DNA of 64,000 nucleotides from Dehalococcoidia bacterium. Its GTDB lineage: Bacteria; Chloroflexota; Dehalococcoidia; Bin125. Below the pieces are notes generated by a model that did no database searches, was not told the origin of the DNA, and saw nothing but the letters and a program-made list of their open reading frames with translations. Position numbers and translations under genes: made by a program. The DNA lies in the NCBI GenBank assembly GCA_963663235.2, contig CAXXNO010000009.1, forward strand, positions 84,580 through 148,579, given 5' to 3'. Below are positions 9,656 to 17,357 of the stretch, in pieces; positions within the stretch are counted from its first letter, which is position 1, and each line of letters opens with the position of its first letter.

Positions 9656-10327
9656 TCACTGCACAGTCTGCGACGCCAGCGACTGCTTGGCGGCGAACAG
9701 TTGCAGATCCTGCGCTCCCCGCAGCCCAAGCTTCTTCACAATATTCGCCTTGTGCTGCGCCACTGTCTTGGGACTGATCACCAGTCCGCCGGCGATATCC
9801 CGCGTGCTCTGGCCCTCGCCGATCAACTGGATGACCTCCCGCTCGCGGCTGCTCAGCAGCGCCAGGTCATCCTGGCGGTCGAGATCGCTCCGCACCGCCA
9901 GCGACACCAGGAGCGGCCCCGCCAGTTCGGGACTGATGTAGGTCTCGCCCCGCGCCACAGCCCGGATCGCCCGTTCCAGCTCCGCCAGGTCGGCGGCCTT
10001 CGATACCAGGCCGACCGCGCCGGCCCGCAGGACATCGAACACGGTCTCCACCCGCGCCGCCGCGGTCAGCACCACAATGCGCGTCTGCGGGCATTCGCGC
10101 TGGATGCGCCGGGTCGCCTCCAGGCCGTCCAGCAGCGGCATCACGATGTCCATCAAGACAACGTCCGGCCGGATCTCAACGACGGCCTCCACCGCCTGGC
10201 GCCCGTTCGCCGCCTGGCCCGCTACCCGGACACCGTCCATGGACTCCAGCGCGATGGCCATGACGCCGCGCAAGAGGCCGTGATCATCGACGATGAAGAC
10301 CGAGATCTCTTCGGTGGCGGTGGTCAT
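9656..10327 (-). CDS. NarL/LuxR family response regulator
   Basis: IVDDH, PDVVLMDIVMP, LSSREREV...ISPKTV HTH. Confidence 0.9.
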   Translation of the reverse strand: MTTATEEISVFIVDDHGLLRGVMAIALESMDGVRVAGQAANGRQAVEAVVEIRPDVVLMDIVMPLLDGLEATRRIQRECPQTRIVVLTAAARVETVFDVLRAGAVGLVSKAADLAELERAIRAVARGETYISPELAGPLLVSLAVRSDLDRQDDLALLSSREREVIQLIGEGQSTRDIAGGLVISPKTVAQHKANIVKKLGLRGAQDLQLFAAKQSLASQTVQ

Positions 10328-10465
10328 GGGCAGCTCCCGCGGGGCCGGAGTTCCTAGGACACCGGCTGAACGAGCCTAGGACAGGGATCATCACCGCCAC
10401 GTCTTAGGACGGGGCGCGTCGATCACGGATCGATCACATGACGGCGGGGGCCGGCGACCCGGAGC

Positions 10466-11172
10466 CTAGGGCGTCCCGGCACCAAGGGTGTAGCCAACTC
10501 GGTTGACCGTGACCACGAAGCGGGCTCCTTGGGATTGGGCTCCAGCTTCCGCCGCAGCCGCCACACGGCCGTGCGCAGGAGGCCGAAGTCATCGACGTAG
10601 GCGGGCCCCCAGACGGCGCGAAGCAAATCGGCCGGCATCAGAACAGCGCCGGCATGCCGGATCAGCTCGGCCAGGAGCCCAAACTCCGTAGGCGTCAACA
10701 CAACCGGCCGGTTATCGACCAGCACACGATGCTTGGCGAAGTCAACGGTGAGGCCATCCAGCCGGAACGGCTGGGACGGCGGGGCCGGGTGGTCCGCCGC
10801 CCGGCGGAGATTGGCGCGCACGCGCGCGATCAATTCCCGCATGCCGAAGGGCTTGATGACGTAGTCATCGGCGCCGAGGTCCAGGCCGCGGACGCGGGAA
10901 TCTTCGCTGTCCCGCGCGGTCAGCATGATGATGGGGACGTCGGAGAACTCGCGCACCAGGTGCACCACGTCGAAGCCGTCGAGGTCCGGCAGCATGAGGT
11001 CCAGGAGCATGCAGTCCGGCGCGCTGTCGCGCGCGCGGGCGATGGCCTGGCCGCCGTCGGCCGCTTCCACCACCCGCCAGCCGATCCGTTCCATCTCCAT
11101 GCGCACGTACCGGCGGATGCGCGGCTGGTCATCCACGACGAGGATGGTGATGTCCTTGGCTGCGTTCACCAT
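10466..11172 (-). CDS. OmpR/KdpE family response regulator (1-nt frameshift near 10523)
   Basis: ILVVDD, LLDLMLPD, GADDYVIKPF, LTPTEFGLL; restoring one C gives the canonical EPRFVVTVNRVGY tail ending at TAG 10466. Confidence 0.8.
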
Positions 11173-11326
11173 GCAAGTCCCGCGAGCCGTGCTGGAAGGA
11201 GGCGACAACCGCGGATGGGTCCATCCGGCAGGCTCAGTTTGCCCCGTCCATCGCCGTCCCGGCGCCGATAGGCATCACCGGCCCCGACAGCCGTCCCGCA
11301 TCTATCCTGCGAGAAGCACGGTACCG

Positions 11327-11429
11327 TTTGCAAGGGCCGCTGTCGCGGCGGTTTTGCACGGGCCGCTGTCGCGGCGGTTTTGCACGGGCCGCTGTCGCGG
11401 CGGTTTTGCACGGGCCGCTGTCGCGGCGG
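11327..11429. repeat. 26-bp tandem repeat (about 3.7 copies) GGGCCGCTGTCGCGGCGGTTTTGCAC
   Basis: Copies at 11334, 11360, 11386 and a partial at 11412; no spacers. Confidence 0.95.
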
Positions 11430-11475
11430 GCAGCTCCCTGCTAGCCTGAGCGCCGATGCACGGAACGGACGAGCG

Positions 11476-11676
11476 ATGCAACGTGACCTAGTCGAGATTC
11501 TGGTCTGCCCCGTCACCAAAGAGCCGTTGGAGCTGGTGGTGGAAGAGACGGACGGCGACGAGATCATCCGCGGCCACCTCTACTCCCGCTCCATCGACTT
11601 CAAGTACCCGATAGAAGACGGGATCCCGAACCTCCTGCCGCCGGAGATGCAGAAGGCGCCCAGCGAGGACGACTAG
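11476..11676 (+). CDS. Trm112 family methyltransferase partner
   Basis: MQRDLVEILVCPVTKEPL...YPIEDGIPNLLP. Confidence 0.85.
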   Translation: MQRDLVEILVCPVTKEPLELVVEETDGDEIIRGHLYSRSIDFKYPIEDGIPNLLPPEMQKAPSEDD

Positions 11677-11685
11677 CGGCCGCGG

Positions 11686-12345
11686 CTATCCCTCCGCCGC
11701 GGCCTCCCGCTGATCGAACTCGATTGCGGCGTCCAGATCCGCCAGCAGCGCGTCCAGGTCCAACGGCTGCCGGAAATCGGGCGGCCGACGGTAGGTCACG
11801 AGGGCGATGATATCGCCCCGGAGCAGGGCGGCGGCCTCGGCGTCGTCGCCCTCCACCGTGAAAGCGTAGCGACGGGCGCTGTCTCCCAGGCCGCGGACCA
11901 CCCCGATCGATCGCACGCCACGGAAGTTGGGATTGTCCGCCAAGGTGTCGACGAAGGCCGTGAAGAACGGGCCGGGGTCGACGTCGGGCTCCAGCATGAG
12001 CACGTCCACGGAGAGCACTTCGTTCGTGATGGCGACCCGGTAGGTGGCGCGGGCGGCGCCGGTCACCAGGCCCAGGGAGAGGATCGGTTCGCGGTCGTCG
12101 CGGGCGACTTCCAGAAAGCGGTCCGGCAACTCCACGCTGTCGCGCAGCAGGTATCGCTCCAGGAAGGGATCGTTGACGAAGGGCGCCGATTCATCGACGG
12201 GCAGTTGGAACGCGGGCGGGAGCGGCTGGGGAGGCGGCGGCGGGGCCGTTTCCGCCTCCTCCTCGCCGTCGCCCGAGCAGGCGGCGCTCAGGACAATCAC
12301 GACGCCCGCCAGCGCCGCCGTGGGGATGAAGCCGCGTCGGATCAT
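11686..12345 (-). CDS. Hypothetical lipoprotein
   Basis: Signal peptide with lipobox LSAAC followed by a Pro-rich linker. Confidence 0.65.
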   Translation of the reverse strand: MIRRGFIPTAALAGVVIVLSAACSGDGEEEAETAPPPPPQPLPPAFQLPVDESAPFVNDPFLERYLLRDSVELPDRFLEVARDDREPILSLGLVTGAARATYRVAITNEVLSVDVLMLEPDVDPGPFFTAFVDTLADNPNFRGVRSIGVVRGLGDSARRYAFTVEGDDAEAAALLRGDIIALVTYRRPPDFRQPLDLDALLADLDAAIEFDQREAAAEG

Positions 12346-12465
12346 CGCAACGCCTGCAACCCGCCAGCCTGGTCGCCAGTGTATGGGGGTTGCCAGTGTA
12401 TGGAGAGCCCGGCGCGGCGCCCGAGCAGTCTGCGCGCGCCGACCATCGTTCTGGTCGCGAACGTC

Positions 12466-12528
12466 TGTGCTATGCTCGCTCGGACGGAAACGTTGGACTT
12501 TAATCCCGGTCCCGTGAGGCCGGAAAGG
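12466..12528 (+). promoter_or_regulatory. pyr operon promoter (extended -10) and PyrR-binding RNA loop
   Basis: TGTGcTATGCT at 12466-12476; CTTTAA...GGTCCCGTGAGGCC...AAGG at 12498-12528 fits the PyrR ARUCCNGNGAGGYU motif. Confidence 0.8.
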
Positions 12529-12601
12529 ACAACGGGGCGCAGCATGCGCGAAGGACACCCGAGAGCCGGGCGCCGCCCCCTACACGGGAGAGCGCGGCCC
12601 C

Positions 12602-13168
12602 GTGAGTAGCCCTCACCCGATCCCCACGACCGAGGTCCTCTCCGCCGCCGCGATCCGGCGCGCGCTGGTCCGGATCGCCCACGAGATCGTCGAGCGTCAC
12701 GACGACCCGGCCCGCTTGGTGCTGGTGGGCATGCGCACGCGCGGCGTCCCGCTGGCCGAGCGGATCGCGGGGGCGATCGAGCAATTCGAGGCGGTCCGCG
12801 TACCCGTCGGGGCACTGGACATCGGGCTGCACCGCGACGATCTGCCGCTGCGCGGCACCGCGCCACGGCTGCAACCCAGCAACCTCCCGGCCGCCATCGA
12901 CGAGCAGGTCGTGGTGCTCGTCGACGACGTCCTCTTCACAGGCCGCTCGATCCGGGCCGCGCTGGACGCACTGATCGACTACGGCCGTCCCGGCGCCATC
13001 GAACTGGCCGTGCTGATCGACCGCGGCCACCGCGAGTTGCCCATCCGGCCGGACTACGTAGGCAAGAACGTGCCCACGCAGCGAGCGGACGACGTGGTGG
13101 TGCGGCTGACGGAGACGGACGGGTGCGACGAGGTCATTCTGCGCTCCAGGGCGCCATCGCCCGCGTAG
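12602..13168 (+). CDS. pyrR: Pyrimidine operon regulator/uracil phosphoribosyltransferase
   Basis: [42 protein letters not shown]. Confidence 0.95.
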   Translation: MSSPHPIPTTEVLSAAAIRRALVRIAHEIVERHDDPARLVLVGMRTRGVPLAERIAGAIEQFEAVRVPVGALDIGLHRDDLPLRGTAPRLQPSNLPAAIDEQVVVLVDDVLFTGRSIRAALDALIDYGRPGAIELAVLIDRGHRELPIRPDYVGKNVPTQRADDVVVRLTETDGCDEVILRSRAPSPA

Positions 13169-13181
13169 GAGAGGAGCAGCC

Positions 13182-14192
13182 ATGGTCACCAAGCCCCGGA
13201 CCGAAGCGGCCGCCGGCCGCGCGGCCGAACCCGCCGAAGAGGCCTCTGCGCAGCCGTGGCCGCACCGCCACCTCCTGGACGTGGACCAACTCACGGCCGC
13301 GGAGATCTTGCGTCTGATCGAGACCACCGAAGCCATGGAGGAGGTCCTGCACCGCCGCGTGCCGCGAACGCCCACCCTGCGCGGCGTCACTCTGTTCACG
13401 CTCTTCTACGAGGCCAGCACCCGCACGCGCGCCTCGTTCGAGCTAGCGGGCAAGGTGCTGGGCGCCGACGTCATCAACATCGCCGCGGGCAGTGCGAGCA
13501 TCGAGAAGGGGGAGTCGCTGCTCGATACCGTGCGCACGCTCCAGGCCATCGGCGCGGACATCATCGCGCTGCGCCACCCGCACGCCGGCGCGCCCTATCT
13601 CGCCGCCCGCCACGGCAGCGCGCACATCGTCAACGCGGGCGACGGCGCGCACGCCCACCCGACGCAGGCCCTGCTCGACGCCTACACGCTGCGCAAGGCG
13701 CTGGGAACCATTGAGGGCAAGCGAGTGTGCATCGTGGGGGACATCAAGCACTCGCGTGTAGCGCGATCAAACATCTGGGCGCTGACGAAGTTGGGGGCGC
13801 AGGTGACCCTGGTCGGCCCCAGCACCCTGATGCCCGCCGGGCTCAATGCGTCGCATCCGCTGGCGCTGCCATCGGTCACAACGGATGACGACTTGGACCG
13901 CGCGATCGCCGGAGCGGACGCAGTGATGACCCTGCGCCTGCAGCGGGAGCGCATGCAGAGCGCGTTGTTGCCGTCGGAGCGCGAGTACGCGCGTCGCTAC
14001 CAGATCACGCCCGCCCGCCTCGCGCGCGCCGCGCGCGGAGCGCCCGTCCTCCACCCCGGTCCGATGAACGAGGGGATCGAGATCGCGCCGGAGGTGGCGC
14101 ACGGCAGGCAAAGCGAGATCGAAAGACAGGTCGAGCACGGCGTAGCCGTGCGCATGGCCGTGCTCTACCTCTTGGGCCGGGGCACAGAATGA
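13182..14192 (+). CDS. pyrB: Aspartate carbamoyltransferase catalytic subunit
   Basis: FYEASTRTRASF, NAGDG..HPTQ, LRLQRER, HPGP. Confidence 0.95.
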   Translation: MVTKPRTEAAAGRAAEPAEEASAQPWPHRHLLDVDQLTAAEILRLIETTEAMEEVLHRRVPRTPTLRGVTLFTLFYEASTRTRASFELAGKVLGADVINIAAGSASIEKGESLLDTVRTLQAIGADIIALRHPHAGAPYLAARHGSAHIVNAGDGAHAHPTQALLDAYTLRKALGTIEGKRVCIVGDIKHSRVARSNIWALTKLGAQVTLVGPSTLMPAGLNASHPLALPSVTTDDDLDRAIAGADAVMTLRLQRERMQSALLPSEREYARRYQITPARLARAARGAPVLHPGPMNEGIEIAPEVAHGRQSEIERQVEHGVAVRMAVLYLLGRGTE

Positions 14193-14329
14193 CCGCCCTG
14201 CTGATCCGCGGGGGGCGGGTGATGGACCTCACCCCCCGGCCCCCTCTCCATCGTGACCGATGGAGAGGGGGAGAAAGAATGGGGACGGTGTTGAGCCGGG
14301 ATGCGGCGCACGAGGAGCCGGCGCGATGA
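14189..14329 (+). other. 46-codon ORF made of a duplicate pyrC start plus the hairpin element
   Basis: MTALLIRGGRVMD-LTPRPPLHRDRWRGG...EEPAR*; ATGA overlap with the pyrB stop and with the pyrC start. Confidence 0.6.
14226..14273. repeat. REP-like GC hairpin element (48 bp, identical to 17242-17289)
   Basis: ACCTCACCCCCCGG-CCCCCTCTCCATCG-TGAC-CGATGGAGAGGGGG-AG; perfect 14-bp stem. Confidence 0.9.
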
Positions 14330-15657
14330 CGGATCTGCTGATCCGCGGGGGGCGGGTGATAGACCCGGCGAACGGCGTGGATGCCCTCCTGGACGTGCTC
14401 GTGCAAGACGGGCGGATCGCGGCCGTCGGCGTCGACGCGCCGGTCGACGCGCCCGTGCTGGACGCCAGCGGGCTGGTCGTGGCGGCCGGCTTCGTCGACC
14501 TGCACACGCACCTGCGGGAGCCGGGCGAAGAGCACAAAGAGACCATCGCCAGCGGGACCGCCGCCGCCGCCCGTGGCGGCTTCACCACCGTCTGTGCCAT
14601 GCCGAACACGAGCCCAGCGATGGACAGCGCGGCCGTGGTGGCGCAGGTGCTGAACGCCGCCCGGGGAGCGCCGGCCCGGGTGCTGCCCGTCGGCGCGATC
14701 ACCAAGGGACGCGCCGGCAAAGAGCTGGCCGAGATGGAGGAGTTGCGCGCGGCCGGCGTCGTGGCGTTCAGCGACGACGGCGCCGGCGTCGCCGACGGCG
14801 GCGTAGCCCGCCGGGCCTGCGAGTACGCCGCCGACCTGGGCCTACCGATCAGCGAACACTGCGAGGACCCGGCCCTGGCCGAGGGCGGCCTGATGCACGA
14901 AGGCGCCATCGCAACGCGGCTCGGCCTGCCCGCACAGCCGGCCGAAGCCGAAGTGGCCATGGTCGAGCGCGACCTGCGCCTGGCGGAACGGACCGGCGTC
15001 CGCCTGCACCTGGCCCATATCAGCACGGCGGCGGCGTGCGCGGCGATCGCAAGCGCCAAGGCGCGCGGTCTCTTGGTGACCGCGGAAGTCACGCCCCATC
15101 ACCTCTTCCTCACCGACGCCGCCGTCGCCGGAGCCGCCGAGACGCCAGGCGCCCTCGCCTACGACACCAACGCCAAGGTCAACCCGCCGCTGCGCAGCGC
15201 GGACGACATCGCCGCCTGCATCGAGGCGCTGGCGGAGGGCGTGCTGGATGCCGTGGCCACGGACCACGCCCCACACGCGATCCCCGACAAGCTTTGCGAG
15301 TTCGACCGCGCCGCTTTCGGGATCAGTGGCTTGGAGACGGCCTTCGGCGTGCTGGGGACGCTGGTGGCGCGGGGCGCGTTTCCACTGGCGACTCCTCTGG
15401 CGACCGTGATCGAGCGGCTGACCATCGGGCCGGTGCGGGCGTGGGGGCTGGACCGGGGCGACTTGACCGGGCTGGGGACGTTGGGCATCGGCGCGCCCGC
15501 GGACGTGGCGATCATCGATCCGGACGCGGTGTGGACGGTGAAGCCTGAGAGGTTCGCATCGATGGGGAAGAACACGCCGCTGGCGGGGCGGGAGCTGACG
15601 GGCCGGGTGGTGGCGACGGTGTTCGGGGGTCGGGTGGTACACGAGGAACGGGAGTAG
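14326..15657 (+). CDS. pyrC: Dihydroorotase
   Basis: GFVDLHTHLREPG, MPNT, EVTPHHL, KVNPPLR, ATDHAPH. Confidence 0.95.
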   Translation: MTDLLIRGGRVIDPANGVDALLDVLVQDGRIAAVGVDAPVDAPVLDASGLVVAAGFVDLHTHLREPGEEHKETIASGTAAAARGGFTTVCAMPNTSPAMDSAAVVAQVLNAARGAPARVLPVGAITKGRAGKELAEMEELRAAGVVAFSDDGAGVADGGVARRACEYAADLGLPISEHCEDPALAEGGLMHEGAIATRLGLPAQPAEAEVAMVERDLRLAERTGVRLHLAHISTAAACAAIASAKARGLLVTAEVTPHHLFLTDAAVAGAAETPGALAYDTNAKVNPPLRSADDIAACIEALAEGVLDAVATDHAPHAIPDKLCEFDRAAFGISGLETAFGVLGTLVARGAFPLATPLATVIERLTIGPVRAWGLDRGDLTGLGTLGIGAPADVAIIDPDAVWTVKPERFASMGKNTPLAGRELTGRVVATVFGGRVVHEERE

Positions 15658-15889
15658 ATGAGCGAGCGGCAGCCGGCGGCGCTGGTGCTGGAGGACGGGG
15701 GCGTCTTCTGGGGGGAACGACCTCACCCCCTAACCCCCTCTCCATCGGCAAGCGATGGAGAGGGGGAACGCGCGAGGATACTCCCTGTTCGGGCGGGGCA
15801 GGCCGGCACGAGTGGATCCCAGGAGGGAAGGATGGAGAGGGGGGACCGGAATACCTGCGCCCGCCGATGGCCAAGCTGGAGAACGTGCT
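15658..15889 (+). repeat. Duplicate carA start (MSERQPAALVLEDGGVFWGE) followed by the hairpin element and an orphan second right arm
   Basis: Stem 15734-15747/15753-15766; extra GATGGAGAGGGGGG at 15831-15844; not in frame with carA. Confidence 0.85.
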
Positions 15890-17005
15890 GTGACGGAGCG
15901 CCGGCCCGGCGTGCTGGTTTTGGAGGACGGCGGTGTCCTGCGCGGCCATCGCATCGGCGCGGACGGCGAGGCGTGGGGCGAAGTGGTGTTCAACACATCG
16001 ATGACCGGCTACCAAGAGATGTTGACCGACCCCTCCTACGCCGGGCAGATCCTGGCGCTCACGTATCCGCTGATCGGCAACTACGGGCTGGAACCCCCGA
16101 TCGACGAGAGCGCGCGGGTGCAGGTGCGCGGCCTGGTGGTGCGCGAAGACTGCCAAGCGCCCAGCCATCCTCACGGCGGCGTCACGCTGCACGAGTACCT
16201 CCTGGCCGCCGGCATCCCCGGCCTGGCGGGGGTCGACACGCGCGCGCTCACGCGCCGGCTGCGGAAGCGGGGCGTGATGCAAGGGCTGATCGTCGAGCCC
16301 GCGGAGATCGAGCGCGCGCGCGCGCGCCTGGCGGACCTGCCCGCCTACGACAGCCAGGACTTCACGGGGTCGGTGAGCGCGGCGGCGGCGTACGACTGGG
16401 AGCGGGGGCCGGTCGATGTGGGATCGACGCGAGGCGGTCACCGCATCGTCGTGCTGGACGAAGGCTTGAAGTACAACATCCTGCGCAGCCTGCGGGCGCG
16501 CGACTGTCGAGTGACCGTCGTGCCGGCGCACACCCCGGCGGCGGAGGTGTTGGCGCTGGAGCCGGACGGGGTGGTGCTATCGCCGGGGCCCGGCGACCCG
16601 GCGCTGCGCGACGCGCAGGTGGAGACGACCAAGCGGCTGCTGGGTCGCGTGCCGCTGATGGGCATCTGCCTGGGGCACCAAATGATCGCGCGGGCGCTGG
16701 GGGCTGGCACGTTCAAGCTGAAGTTCGGCCACCGCGGCGGCAACCATCCGGTCAAGGAGCTGAGCACGGGGCGCGTTTCCATCACGGCGCAGAACCACGG
16801 CTACGCGGTCGACCCGGAGAGGCTGGAGGGGGGCGCGTCGGTGAGCCACATCAACCTGCACGACGGGACGGTCGAGGGGCTGACGCATCGCGAGTATCCA
16901 TTGGTGTCGATCCAGTACCACTCGGAGGCGTCGCCGGGGCCGCTGGACAACGGGTATTTGTTCGACCGGTTCTTGGAGATGGTGCGTGAGGCGAAGGGGG
17001 GCTGA
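15890..17005 (+). CDS. carA: Carbamoyl-phosphate synthase small subunit
   Basis: LVLEDG, GEVVFNTSMTGYQE, SPGPGDP, GICLGHQ, QYHSEASPGP; GTG start with GGAG RBS. Confidence 0.95.
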   Translation: MTERRPGVLVLEDGGVLRGHRIGADGEAWGEVVFNTSMTGYQEMLTDPSYAGQILALTYPLIGNYGLEPPIDESARVQVRGLVVREDCQAPSHPHGGVTLHEYLLAAGIPGLAGVDTRALTRRLRKRGVMQGLIVEPAEIERARARLADLPAYDSQDFTGSVSAAAAYDWERGPVDVGSTRGGHRIVVLDEGLKYNILRSLRARDCRVTVVPAHTPAAEVLALEPDGVVLSPGPGDPALRDAQVETTKRLLGRVPLMGICLGHQMIARALGAGTFKLKFGHRGGNHPVKELSTGRVSITAQNHGYAVDPERLEGGASVSHINLHDGTVEGLTHREYPLVSIQYHSEASPGPLDNGYLFDRFLEMVREAKGG

Positions 17006-17343
17006 TGGGCACACGGTTGCCGGGAACCGGCATGCTCCTGTTGCTCGCGGTAACGGCGGGAACCGTCGGGACCGTGTCGTTCGGGTTCGGGCTGGCGTGC
17101 TTCGCGAGCGGCGACGCGGGGGTTGACTGCGCGGTCCTCACGGTTGCCGTGCCGTTCGTCGCGTGGCCGTTGGGGATCGCGCTGGCGATCCTGGGAGCGG
17201 CGCGGCGGGGCTGGCTGGTGGCTTTCGAGGAGGAGGAGAGAACCTCACCCCCCGGCCCCCTCTCCATCGTGACCGATGGAGAGGGGGAGCAAGCATCGGC
17301 ATCGTCGAAGGCACGCTCGACGGCGGGGGAGAGGCGAGGATGA
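17005..17343 (+). CDS. Small membrane protein (about 2 TM) whose C-terminus is read through the hairpin element
   Basis: TGATG coupling to the carA stop; two hydrophobic segments; tail TSPPGPLSIVTDGEGE is encoded by the repeat. Confidence 0.5.
   Translation: MGTRLPGTGMLLLLAVTAGTVGTVSFGFGLACFASGDAGVDCAVLTVAVPFVAWPLGIALAILGAARRGWLVAFEEEERTSPPGPLSIVTDGEGEQASASSKARSTAGERRG
17242..17289. repeat. REP-like GC hairpin element
   Basis: 48/48 identical to 14226-14273. Confidence 0.9.
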
Positions 17344-17357
17344 ACGGGTGAGCAGCC

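Noticed and set aside
11327-11429. CRISPR array from the 26-bp palindromic repeat
   Set aside because: The copies abut directly with no spacers.
12375-12403. GCCAGTGTATGG direct repeat as a regulatory site
   Set aside because: Only two copies and no other support; could be a small local duplication.
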